This document shows positions 20,489-29,621 of a stretch of DNA of 64,000 nt, piece by piece. A program made the translations under genes and the position numbers. Below the pieces are notes generated by a model. That model was given only the letters and a program-made list of their open reading frames with translations, did not search any database and was not told where the DNA came from. The stretch's first letter is position 1; each line of letters starts with the position of its first letter. The stretch is from an uncultured Chloroflexia bacterium (lineage in GTDB: Bacteria; Chloroflexota; Limnocylindria; Limnocylindrales; CSP1-4): the NCBI GenBank assembly GCA_963746845.1, contig CAVVCZ010000006.1, positions 160,001-224,000 of the forward strand, read 5' to 3'.

Positions 20489-23416
20489 CTACTCGCCGAA
20501 CAGCCCGAGCTGCTCACCGCTTCGCTCGACGATCGGATCGAGCCCCAGGTACGGTTCCATGAGGTCGAGGCTCAGGTCGTCCCGGGCGAGGAACGATGCG
20601 AGGTGGTTCCACTTCAGGATGTGCCAGTTGTCGCGCTCCATCGCCTCCCGGAGCAGCGGCGAGCGCTCCAGCTTGTGGCGGACAAGCTCCGTCCGCTCCG
20701 GGGCGATGACGAGGAACCGGACCATCCCGTCGTCCTGGGGGATCCGCGCGTGGCGGCGGAGGATCACCTCGCCCAGCATCGCGGTCCACTCGACCTCGAA
20801 CAGGAAGGCCATCCGCCGCCGGACGTACCAGACGCAGTCGACGTCGGCGATCTCGTCGACCGCCCGGTTGATGTGGGTCAGCGGGACCTGCCGCTCGCGA
20901 TCGTCGAGCCAGTCAGCGAGCCGATCCCGCCCGATCCGCCGGCCCTGCTCGCGCCGGCCGATCCAGACCGACAGCCCGAGACGGTGACCACCGTCGGCGA
21001 GCATCGCGATCAGCTCGCTGTGGTCCTGGGCGCGCCCGAGCAGGTCGTCGCCCGTCACGATCCGGTCCGCGGTGCTCGCCCGGCTGCGGTAGCTCTGGAG
21101 GCACGCCCGGACGAGGGCCTCGTCCGGGAGGTCCTGACCGCTGAAGATCCCGGCGATCCTCTGCAGGAAGGCGGTCTCGGACAGAGGACCGGCCGTCGAC
21201 AGGAGGCTGTAGACGGACCACTCGACCCGGTCGGACAGCGGGACGGCCGCCGCATCGCGGTCCTTCCGGTCGGCGAGCCACCAGCGGTCGGGGGCGACCT
21301 CCACGAGCCGGTCGCGGCCCGTCGTCGCGAGCCCCTCCCCGATCAGGCCGAGCAGCGCCTCCACCGGGTCCGACGGGGCGTCCGCCGAGCGCACGAACCG
21401 GCGGGTCCGGACGGTCGGATCCGAGCCGCCACGATCGTCGCCCTCCGGCGCCTCTCCCCAGGTCAGGGAGCCGCCGCGCACCGTGGGCCGATGCCCGGAC
21501 CCACCGCTCGTGCCACGATCGCCGGCGTCCGGGCCTGGCCGATCCCGCGCGTCGGCGCCCGGGGCGTCGGGGTCCCCGACGACGGACAGGCCGCGATCCG
21601 CGACGAGCCGGCGGAGCTGGCCCGCCCGGTCCAGCCCGACGAGGATCTCCCCGAGCAGCCGATCCGCGCTCGCGGGCTCGCCGCGTGCCTTGAGGCAATC
21701 GACGGCGACGTCCACGACCGTCCGGCTGACATCGGCCGACGAGAACGGCCGCCGGTCGACCCGTTCGGCCGGGCTGAACAGGCCCGGGCCCGGCACGATC
21801 TCCGGATCACCGGCACCGCCCGGGGCCGGCGTGAGCGAGACGTTCGCCCGCGTCCGGGGCGTCGGGGGCGGGACCGCGCCGGGCGGGAGCAGCTCGACGC
21901 TGCCGAGCGCCTCGTCGTCGCCGTCGCCGAGCCGCGCGGAGAGCAGTCGGAACCCGGCCTCCACGCCACCGAGCGCAGCAGTGACCAGCGCCTCCGACCC
22001 GCCGTCGACGAGGAAGACGACCCGGCCGTCGCGGGCGATCGACGGCTCGACCCCCGCCAGGGACTTGGCCAGCGCGGCCGCCTGCCAGCCCCACGGCGCC
22101 CGGATCGCGGGGCCGGACAGGGCCGCCAGCGGCAGGCCAAGGGCTGCCTCCGCGCCGAGCGTCCAGGCCGTCGCCCAGTACGTCATCGACAGCCGCTCCT
22201 GGTTCGGGCGGACCGCCGGCTGGCCCAGGACGAGGCGGATCCGACGCTTCAGGCTGCCCGCGCCCTCCCAGCCTCGACCGGCGGTCGCCTCCGCGCCGAT
22301 CGCCCGCGTCGTCGACGGACCGGCGATCGCCACGACCGCGGTGGCCGCGCCCTCGTCGAGCGCCTGGAGGTCGTTGCCGAGCCGGGCCTGGACCGCCCCG
22401 CCCGGTCCGCTCTCCAGCCGCTGGATGAACCCGCGGACCGTCCGGATCCCGTCCTCGAACGCGAGCCACGGGTTGCGTTCCCGCCACGGGCCCGGGCTCG
22501 GGGCGCGGACGTGGCCTGCCTGGATCCGGAGCGCGCCGACCCGGTGCGGATGGCCGTTGAGCCGGCTCGCCGGCAGGAGCGCGTGGAGGAAGGCGAGGCG
22601 CAGGGCCGCCTCGACCGGCGCGGCCCGGAGGTCGCCTTCGATCCGCTCGAGGATCGCCTCGAGGCCGGCCAGCTGACGCGGCGTGTGGAGGTCCAGGAGC
22701 CGATCGACCAGCCCGGCGCCACCCTCCACGACCGGGAACCGATCGCGCAGCCTTGCACGGGTCGCGGCGTGGTCGTCGGGGATCGTCCGGGCGCGGACGA
22801 GGTCCGCCTCGTCGAGCTCGGCGCTCCGCTCGCCGCTGCGCTGGCCGCGGCAGACGGGGCAGGAGTAGACCTTGCGGGCGGTCATCCGGGGCTCATCGCC
22901 GCCTTCGCCCGGGTCGTCGGACCCGCGATCGGTGTCGTCGTCGGGGGCCGCATCGCCGTCCTCGGACGTCGCCTCGCCGTCGGCGAGCGCCTCGTGCGGC
23001 CCGTCCTGCTCCGGCCAGACGATCTCGTCGATCACGAGCGATCGGCCGCAGGTCGGACAGCGTGTCGCGAACAGCGCGCCGACCGCGACCTTCAGGCTCG
23101 TCTGGCCGCGGGGCGAGGCACCCATCGCCTGGAACGCGGCGTCGAGATGGCGGAGGTCCGGCGGGCGGAGGACGAGCTCCGCGAGCAGCCGGGTCAGCGG
23201 GGTCGACTCCAGGCTCGCGACACGGCGCTGGCGATCGACCGCCGCGCGGGCCACCCAGCCGCCGCGGCCGGCGAGGTCCAGGACGACGTCACCCGGCTTG
23301 GCGAGGGTGTCGATCCGGCCCTCGACGAGGGCGGGCGGGGGCGGGGGCGCCAGCCGCTCGAAGAACGGCAGGGTGAACCCGGGCTCCGCTCGGACCAGGG
23401 GGGCGCGACCGGCCAT
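20489..23416 (-). CDS. Degenerate DNA-methyltransferase-like protein with Zn ribbon and C-terminal nuclease-like domain
   Basis: PGDVVLDLAGRGG (motif I-like); CPTC/CPVC; RIRLVLGQPAV where DPPY is expected; C-terminal VDCVWY...FLFEVEWT. Confidence 0.65.
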   Translation of the reverse strand: MAGRAPLVRAEPGFTLPFFERLAPPPPPALVEGRIDTLAKPGDVVLDLAGRGGWVARAAVDRQRRVASLESTPLTRLLAELVLRPPDLRHLDAAFQAMGASPRGQTSLKVAVGALFATRCPTCGRSLVIDEIVWPEQDGPHEALADGEATSEDGDAAPDDDTDRGSDDPGEGGDEPRMTARKVYSCPVCRGQRSGERSAELDEADLVRARTIPDDHAATRARLRDRFPVVEGGAGLVDRLLDLHTPRQLAGLEAILERIEGDLRAAPVEAALRLAFLHALLPASRLNGHPHRVGALRIQAGHVRAPSPGPWRERNPWLAFEDGIRTVRGFIQRLESGPGGAVQARLGNDLQALDEGAATAVVAIAGPSTTRAIGAEATAGRGWEGAGSLKRRIRLVLGQPAVRPNQERLSMTYWATAWTLGAEAALGLPLAALSGPAIRAPWGWQAAALAKSLAGVEPSIARDGRVVFLVDGGSEALVTAALGGVEAGFRLLSARLGDGDDEALGSVELLPPGAVPPPTPRTRANVSLTPAPGGAGDPEIVPGPGLFSPAERVDRRPFSSADVSRTVVDVAVDCLKARGEPASADRLLGEILVGLDRAGQLRRLVADRGLSVVGDPDAPGADARDRPGPDAGDRGTSGGSGHRPTVRGGSLTWGEAPEGDDRGGSDPTVRTRRFVRSADAPSDPVEALLGLIGEGLATTGRDRLVEVAPDRWWLADRKDRDAAAVPLSDRVEWSVYSLLSTAGPLSETAFLQRIAGIFSGQDLPDEALVRACLQSYRSRASTADRIVTGDDLLGRAQDHSELIAMLADGGHRLGLSVWIGRREQGRRIGRDRLADWLDDRERQVPLTHINRAVDEIADVDCVWYVRRRMAFLFEVEWTAMLGEVILRRHARIPQDDGMVRFLVIAPERTELVRHKLERSPLLREAMERDNWHILKWNHLASFLARDDLSLDLMEPYLGLDPIVERSGEQLGLFGE

Positions 23417-23481
23417 CCGCGAAAGCCTACCGGCTTGTCAAGTCGCTCAGCGGGGACGTGCCCGCGGGCGACCCGCCGCGG

Positions 23482-24339
23482 CTATGCCTCGTCGGCCTCG
23501 TCGAGCTCTTCCTCGAAGGCCTCGTCCGTGGTCGATTCCGGCGGCAGGACGCGATCGAGGTCCTCGATCTCCTCGTCCTCCTCGTCGTCCTCGAGGTCGT
23601 CCTCGAGGTCCATCTCCTCGCGGATCAGGGTGCCCTTGGTGTACGGCCGCAGGTCGGTCGACTTGGCCGCCATCGGGAAGGACACCTTCCCGTAGTTGCG
23701 CGGGTCCTGGTAGATCTCGCGGATGATGATCCGGACGTCCTTGTCGCCGAGCGAGGTCACGCCGGCCGCGTACTTGTTGCCCTCGGCCATGAGCTTGAGG
23801 AGCCGGGCGGCGACCCGCGGCTCCACGACGCCGATCCTCATCCCGTTGCTGAACGCGATCAGGCGGCCGCCCTCCGGCGTCAGCTCGACCGCATCACCCG
23901 GGTTGACCTGGGCGAGCTTGCGGGGATGGGGCAGGTCCGTCAGGAACGCAAACCCGGTCTTGCCGGTCTCCTCGACGAAGATCGAGACCGGGGCCTTGCT
24001 GCCCTCCTGGGCGGGCACGGTCTTGTCGCCGGCCTCGACGAGCAGGACCCGAAGGCGGTCGATGTTCCGCTCGGCGATCCGGTTCGTGGGATCGAGCGCG
24101 AGCGCCGTCTGGTAGTGCTCGCGCGCGGCGGCGAGCTCGCCCAGCTCCCACAACGACTTCGCGAGGCGGTTCTCCGACTCGGCGTCCGGTCCGAGCTCGA
24201 GCAGGCGTCGGTTCGTCTCGGCCGCCTCGGACCACTGGGCGGCGGTCGCCTGGGCGATCGCCTGGTCGACGAGCTGGCGCTTGAGGCGGACCTGGTTGAC
24301 GGCGCTCGACGCGGGCGTCTCGAGTTCGGGGAAGGTCAC
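23482..24339 (-). CDS. TPR protein with HIRAN-like domain and acidic C-terminal tail
   Basis: TPR (AAREHYQTALALDPTN); FVEETGKT; GDAVELT...IGVVEPRVAARLLKLM; D/E-rich tail; GGAG SD before GTG. Confidence 0.8.
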   Translation of the reverse strand: MTFPELETPASSAVNQVRLKRQLVDQAIAQATAAQWSEAAETNRRLLELGPDAESENRLAKSLWELGELAAAREHYQTALALDPTNRIAERNIDRLRVLLVEAGDKTVPAQEGSKAPVSIFVEETGKTGFAFLTDLPHPRKLAQVNPGDAVELTPEGGRLIAFSNGMRIGVVEPRVAARLLKLMAEGNKYAAGVTSLGDKDVRIIIREIYQDPRNYGKVSFPMAAKSTDLRPYTKGTLIREEMDLEDDLEDDEEDEEIEDLDRVLPPESTTDEAFEEELDEADEA

Positions 24340-24419
24340 GAGGGCACTCCGTTCGTTGCGTTGCCCACCTGCCGGAATGGCCGCAGCCGAGGGGTTTCGA
24401 GTCCCGGAGGGGGCAAGGG

Positions 24420-24448
24420 TTTGTAGCATCGCACGAGCCGCACGTCAA
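24420..24448 (-). promoter_or_regulatory. Putative sigma70 promoter of the TPR gene
   Basis: Minus strand TTGACG-N17-TACAAA with TG extension. Confidence 0.55.
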
Positions 24449-24497
24449 ACGTCGGACGACGGCGACCCGCAGATGCGGGCGGGCACCGAATCGGAGG

Positions 24498-26720
24498 GTG
24501 ATGCGCGGACGACGATCGTGGGTGGCCATCGGGGCGGTCGGGGTCGGGGCACTCGTGCTCGCGATCATCGGGACCGGTCGATTGACCGCGCCGCCGGCTC
24601 CGAGCGGCGGACCCGCGACGGCGTCGGCCAACGCGGAGATCCCGGCGGCGGGTCCCCTCGTCTTCTACGAGATCCTCGATGCCGATGGGGCCGCCCTGAT
24701 GACGCGACGGCTCGACGGTACGAGCCTGCCGCGTCGAGTCGCCGTGCGGTCGACGGACGCCGGCCGGATCTGGTCCGTCGACCCGACGGGCGCCGTCGCC
24801 CTCGCGGTGCTCCCCCAGGGCGACGGCGTGCGCCTCGAGGCGATCGCGACGGCCGACGGGAGCGATCTCTGGCGCGTCGACCTGCCGGCCGCCCAGATCG
24901 ACGAGGCGATCTGGTCCGCCGACGGCCGGCGGTTCGCCCTCGTCCACCGGCCCGAGGCGGCCGGCCCGACGGAGACGCTCGTCCTCGACACGCGCGACGG
25001 GCACCTGGTCCGGACGATCGTGCCCCACGACGCCGTCCTCCAGGGCTTCGACACCGCCGATGCGCTCGTCCTCCGACAGCGGCTGCCGTCGGGTCAGGCC
25101 GGGACGGTCCGCTGGACGTTCCTGCGGGTGGACCCCGCGACGAACATCGTCAACCGACTCGCGGCGCCGCCGGACGTCGGGCCGGCGACGACCTACTCCG
25201 AGGACGTCGACCCGGGGCACGGGGTCGGGGTCGTGTCCGCGCTGGCGCCGAATGACGCGGACACCGCGGTCCAGGCCTGGCCGCTGGGCGGGGGCCCGTC
25301 GAAGACGATCGCCACGCTCCCGTCGGTCGACCAGCTGGCGATCGATCCCGACGGGTCGGGCGTGGTGGTGACGGCCGCCGACCTGGTCCGCCTGATCGGC
25401 TGGGACGGGCGGGCGACGGAGCTGCGGTCCGGCGCCGACGCGGTGACCGCGCTGAGCTGGTCGGCGACGGGCGACTACCTCGGGCTGACGACGGAGCACG
25501 CCGGCGCCCCGCTCACGGTCGTCGAGATGGCGACGGGCCGGAGCGTCGACCTGCCGATCACCGCGCCGGTGGCCGGGGCGATCCTGACACGCGTCGTCGG
25601 CGGGGTGCCCCTCCCGGCGACCCCGCTGCCGGCCGTCGAGCCCGGCCCGACGCCGACGCCCGCCTCGTCGGGCCCGGATCTCGGGGGCGCCCCGTCGATC
25701 GGATCGGCGTGGTTCGACACGTCGAGCGGCGACGTCGTCCTGCACGTCGACCGCCTCGTCCCGACGAGCGAGGGCGGCATGCGGGCCGCGGCCTCGATCA
25801 CGCCGATCGGCCTCGGCGCCGTCCCGATCCCCGACGACGGCGCGCGGACCGTCACCCTGCTCCCCCGCCCGGGCTCGACCGAGATGCTCGTCTGGGTCCA
25901 GACCGCCGACCGCGGCCGGGGCTGGCTGTGGGACGGCGCCGGAGCCGCCCACCCGATCGCCCTGCCGCGCGACTGGCCGGCGAACGCGACCGACGTGGCG
26001 TGGCGACCGGACGGCCTCGCCCTGGCGGGGAGTGCCGCGCGCGTCCGCCCGAACGGGGACGTCCAGGCGACCTTCGTCGTCGGCGAAGTTGGCGGGAGCG
26101 GCGGGTCGCGGACGACGGTCGTCCCGGTCCGGGGCGAGTACGACCGCCTGGAGGGCTGGTGGTCGCCGACGGAGCTCCGCGTCGGGCACGGCATCTGCAC
26201 CGAGGGCTGCGCGGGTCGCTACGCGAACTCGGCCCGGCTGCGCGTCCGCGATGCGCGTCTCACGCAGTTCACCGCCGCGGACCGCGCGCGCGGTCCGATC
26301 GACGACATCTACCCGGACGGGAAGGGCGGGCTCGTCATGAGCGCGATCAACGACGACGTCCGCGACGACATCCACATCGACTGGCCGGCGAACCCCGACG
26401 ATCCGGATGGACCGACGTTCGTCGGGGTGGCGGCGGATCGACATTCGCTGCTGATCGCGGAGGCGCGGTCGACCGGGACGGACCTGTACCGGGTCGCCGA
26501 CCCGGTCCGCCAGGCGGTCGCAGGGCGGGTCACGAACCCCCAGCGGACGCTGATCGGGCACTTCGCGCGGACCGGTCTGGACATCATGGTTTCGCCGGAC
26601 GAGCACTGGGCCGTCACGACCGATCGCGTCGGGGGCACGGAGCTCGTCGAGCTCGCCTCGGGGCGGTCATGGCCGGTGGACCGCGATCGGACGCTCACCT
26701 GGTGGCCGAAGACGGCCTGA
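24498..26720 (+). CDS. Membrane-anchored extracytoplasmic beta-propeller (WD40/TolB-like) protein
   Basis: Basic N-terminus plus one TM; repeated WSADG/IDPDG/WRPDG/VSPDE blade motifs; Pro-rich central linker. Confidence 0.7.
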   Translation: MMRGRRSWVAIGAVGVGALVLAIIGTGRLTAPPAPSGGPATASANAEIPAAGPLVFYEILDADGAALMTRRLDGTSLPRRVAVRSTDAGRIWSVDPTGAVALAVLPQGDGVRLEAIATADGSDLWRVDLPAAQIDEAIWSADGRRFALVHRPEAAGPTETLVLDTRDGHLVRTIVPHDAVLQGFDTADALVLRQRLPSGQAGTVRWTFLRVDPATNIVNRLAAPPDVGPATTYSEDVDPGHGVGVVSALAPNDADTAVQAWPLGGGPSKTIATLPSVDQLAIDPDGSGVVVTAADLVRLIGWDGRATELRSGADAVTALSWSATGDYLGLTTEHAGAPLTVVEMATGRSVDLPITAPVAGAILTRVVGGVPLPATPLPAVEPGPTPTPASSGPDLGGAPSIGSAWFDTSSGDVVLHVDRLVPTSEGGMRAAASITPIGLGAVPIPDDGARTVTLLPRPGSTEMLVWVQTADRGRGWLWDGAGAAHPIALPRDWPANATDVAWRPDGLALAGSAARVRPNGDVQATFVVGEVGGSGGSRTTVVPVRGEYDRLEGWWSPTELRVGHGICTEGCAGRYANSARLRVRDARLTQFTAADRARGPIDDIYPDGKGGLVMSAINDDVRDDIHIDWPANPDDPDGPTFVGVAADRHSLLIAEARSTGTDLYRVADPVRQAVAGRVTNPQRTLIGHFARTGLDIMVSPDEHWAVTTDRVGGTELVELASGRSWPVDRDRTLTWWPKTA

Positions 26721-26723
26721 GGT

Positions 26724-27641
26724 TCAGGCGTTCAGCCGCAGGTTCCAGGCGATGACGATCGCCGCCAGCCCGACGAGGATGACCAGCTCCCACAGCCAGC
26801 GCGGGTCCCGTCGGCGCGACGGCGGCGCGGAGTGGAGCGTGTCCCACAGGTAGAACAGGAACATCAGGAGCGCCGGTCCGATCAGGCGCGGGATCCCGAT
26901 CGCCCGGATCGCCGCCGCCCCGATCGCGATCGCGACGGCGTAGGTCAGCGCGGACAGGAGCGCGTCGCGGGCGTTGGCGGTGCGCAGGGCGGCGGCGCGA
27001 TACCCGAGCAGGCCCGCGACGATCCCGTCGGCGATGGACAGCACCAGGAGGTTGGCGAGCGGCAGCGGCGTGCCCGGCGCGCCCGGGGCCTCGCCGCCGG
27101 CGATCCCGCCGGGGACGCTCGCCGCGACGCCGGCGAAGGCAACCAGCGCGACGACGAGCATCGTCACCAGGGCCGACGAGCGGTCGTCGGCCGTCGGGCC
27201 CTGGGCGGAGCCGGCGATCCGGGTCTCGATCGCCAGGGCACGATCGAGGAGGATCCCGACCGCCACGATCGCCGGGATGATCGCCGCCCCGAGCGGGACG
27301 AGCCGGATCGCCCCGACCGACCCGAGGGCGGCGACCGCCGGGACGATGAGGGACTCGACCGGGACGCCGCGGTCCGACTCGGAGCTCTCGACGTCGCCGA
27401 GGAGCTGGAGCGTCCCGAGGATCGTCGCGGCGAGGAGCAGGACCGCGACTCCCCAGATCAGCGGACCGCTCAGGACCGCGGCCATCCCGACGACGGTCGC
27501 GACGGCGATCTCGAGATCCCGTCGCCGGCCGGTCGCGTCGCGGGCGGCGTCGCGCGCCACACCCCGGATCGGGAGGTGCCGCGAGGCTCGCCCGAGGCCG
27601 CTCGGCTCGAGGTGTCCGACTGGGTGCGACGGGGTCGTCAT
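26724..27641 (-). CDS. Polytopic integral membrane protein, unknown function
   Basis: About 8-9 hydrophobic segments; TACCAT 7 nt upstream of ATG. Confidence 0.78.
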   Translation of the reverse strand: MTTPSHPVGHLEPSGLGRASRHLPIRGVARDAARDATGRRRDLEIAVATVVGMAAVLSGPLIWGVAVLLLAATILGTLQLLGDVESSESDRGVPVESLIVPAVAALGSVGAIRLVPLGAAIIPAIVAVGILLDRALAIETRIAGSAQGPTADDRSSALVTMLVVALVAFAGVAASVPGGIAGGEAPGAPGTPLPLANLLVLSIADGIVAGLLGYRAAALRTANARDALLSALTYAVAIAIGAAAIRAIGIPRLIGPALLMFLFYLWDTLHSAPPSRRRDPRWLWELVILVGLAAIVIAWNLRLNA

Positions 27642-27663
27642 CGGCGGGATGGTACGCGCTCGG

Positions 27664-29562
27664 TCAGCCCGGGACGCGGCCGGGCTTCCCGGCCGCCCAG
27701 GCGAGCACGTCGGCCCGGGAGCGGGTGTTCACGACGTCTGCCGCTGTTACCCACGCCCGGCGCGCCTGGCTGATCCCCCAGCGCACGTAGTCGAGCTCGC
27801 GCGTGTGGTGGGCGTCCGAATCGACCGTCAGGACGCAGCCGGACGCGACGGCCCGGCGCGCCCGTTCCGCCGACAGGTCCAGCCGGTGCGGCGACCCGTT
27901 GATCTCCAGCGCCGTGCCGGTTCGCGCGGCAGCGTCGTACACCGCGTCCCAGTCGAGGTCGAGATCGTCCCGGGTCTGGATCATCCGCCCGGACGGGTGG
28001 GCGACGATGTCGACGTGTGGGCTGTGGATCGCGTTCAGGGTCCGCCGCGTGAGGTCCACGCGTGACTGGCGCCGGGCGACGTGGACCGACGCGACGACGA
28101 CATCGAACGTCGCGAGGAGGTCGTCCTCGTAGTCGAGGTCTCCGTCGGCGCGGACCTCGAGCTCACAGCCGTGGAGCAGGCGGAAGCCGTCCTTCGGCGT
28201 TTCGGGCGGGGCGGTGCCGGCCGCCTCCTCGGCGGCGAACCGGGCGTTGAGCCCGGCGATGATCGCCCGCTCCTCCGCGACCCGGTCCGGGGTGAGCCCG
28301 TTCGCGATCGCGAGCGACTGGGTGTGGTCGGTCAGCACCTGGAAGGCATAGCCGCGACGACGGGCGGCGTCGGCCATGACCTCGATCGGCTGGCTGCCGT
28401 CGCTCCACTCGCTGTGGGTATGGCAGTCGCCCAGCAGGTCCGCCTGGGTGATGAGGACCGGCAACGTCCCGGCGATGGCGGCCTCGATCTCGCCCTCGTC
28501 CTCGCGCAGCTCCGGCTCGATGAACGGCAGGTCGAGGAACGCGTAGGCCTCGGTCTCGGTCGCGAACGTCCGCAGCTCGGCGTCCGGGCCGGTGAGCGGC
28601 TCGCCCGCCTCGTCGATCCGGGCGAAGCCGTACTCGCTCAGGCTCCAGCCGCGATCGCGCGCGCGGGCCCGGAGCCGGACGTTGTGCTCCTTGCTCCCGG
28701 TGAAATGGATCAGGTGGGTCCCGGCGGCGCCGGGCGGCATCGACATCAGGTCGACTTGCGGGCCCCGCAGCAGGCGGACGGCGGACTTGTGGCCGCCCCG
28801 CCCGATCACGGCGTCCACGGCGCCGAGCCCGGTGAAGCGGGCCATCAGCGCATCCGGGTCCGTCGTCTCCGCGAGGAGGTCGAGGTCGCCGATCGTCTCC
28901 TTCTTCCGGCGGAACGAGCCGGCCGGAACAATCGAGACGACGCCGGGCGTCGAGGCCAGAGCGGGCAGGAGCGCGTCGATCTGCGCTTCCGCCTGGTTCA
29001 GGAGCAGCCGCCGGGGGTTGCGCTCGATCCGCTCGATGCCCTCCAGGATCATCGCCTCGGTTCGCTCGGACAGGCCGCGGAGCGACCGGACCCGGCCGTC
29101 CCGGGCGGCCGCCTCGAGATCGGCCATCGTCAGGATCCCGAGCTCGTCGTGGAGCTGCTTGACGGTCTTCGGCCCGAGCCCGGGGATCTGGAGCAGCTCG
29201 ACGAGGCTCGCCGGCACGTCCGCCCGCAGACGCTCGAGGTAGGCCATCCGGCCGGTGGTCACCAGCTCGAGCGTCTTGTCGGAGATCGCCTGGCCGACGC
29301 CCGGGATCTTCGGTGGGTTGCCGGCGCGGTAGGCCGCGACGAGGTCGACGGGGCTGCGGCCCATGGCGTCGGCGGCCCGGTGGTAGGCCACCGTCTTGAA
29401 CGGGAGCTCGCCCTTGACCTCGAGGATGTCGCCGATCTCGTGGAAGACCCGGGCGAGATCGCCGTTCGTCAGGTCGGCGGCGAGATCGGCGGCCTCGTCC
29501 GGCGGCTCGTCGTCGTGGATCGGCGGGCTCGCGAGGAGCTCGTCGGGATCTGCGGTGGGCAC
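27664..29562 (-). CDS. polX: DNA polymerase X / PHP 3'-5' exonuclease
   Basis: HhH IPGVG and IPGLGPK; GSFRR..ETIGDLDLL; QVDL; HFTGSKEHN; PHP motifs HTHSEWSDG, TDH, AHP, DSDAH. Confidence 0.94.
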   Translation of the reverse strand: MPTADPDELLASPPIHDDEPPDEAADLAADLTNGDLARVFHEIGDILEVKGELPFKTVAYHRAADAMGRSPVDLVAAYRAGNPPKIPGVGQAISDKTLELVTTGRMAYLERLRADVPASLVELLQIPGLGPKTVKQLHDELGILTMADLEAAARDGRVRSLRGLSERTEAMILEGIERIERNPRRLLLNQAEAQIDALLPALASTPGVVSIVPAGSFRRKKETIGDLDLLAETTDPDALMARFTGLGAVDAVIGRGGHKSAVRLLRGPQVDLMSMPPGAAGTHLIHFTGSKEHNVRLRARARDRGWSLSEYGFARIDEAGEPLTGPDAELRTFATETEAYAFLDLPFIEPELREDEGEIEAAIAGTLPVLITQADLLGDCHTHSEWSDGSQPIEVMADAARRRGYAFQVLTDHTQSLAIANGLTPDRVAEERAIIAGLNARFAAEEAAGTAPPETPKDGFRLLHGCELEVRADGDLDYEDDLLATFDVVVASVHVARRQSRVDLTRRTLNAIHSPHVDIVAHPSGRMIQTRDDLDLDWDAVYDAAARTGTALEINGSPHRLDLSAERARRAVASGCVLTVDSDAHHTRELDYVRWGISQARRAWVTAADVVNTRSRADVLAWAAGKPGRVPG

Positions 29563-29621
29563 CCCCCGATGGTAGCGGGCACCGCCGAAGGCTCGCCGAA
29601 GCGCGGCCGCCGCTCGAGGGG

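Noticed and set aside
19061-23695. 1544-aa plus-strand ORF and many other long overlapping ORFs
   Set aside because: Antisense shadows of real genes; stop codons are rare at this GC content and no family motifs are present
24363-24416. tRNA-like look (GGGGTTTCGAGTCCC...GGGGGCA)
   Set aside because: Only about 54 nt, no anticodon arm, extra base in the T-loop and mismatched acceptor stem; better explained as a UTR hairpin
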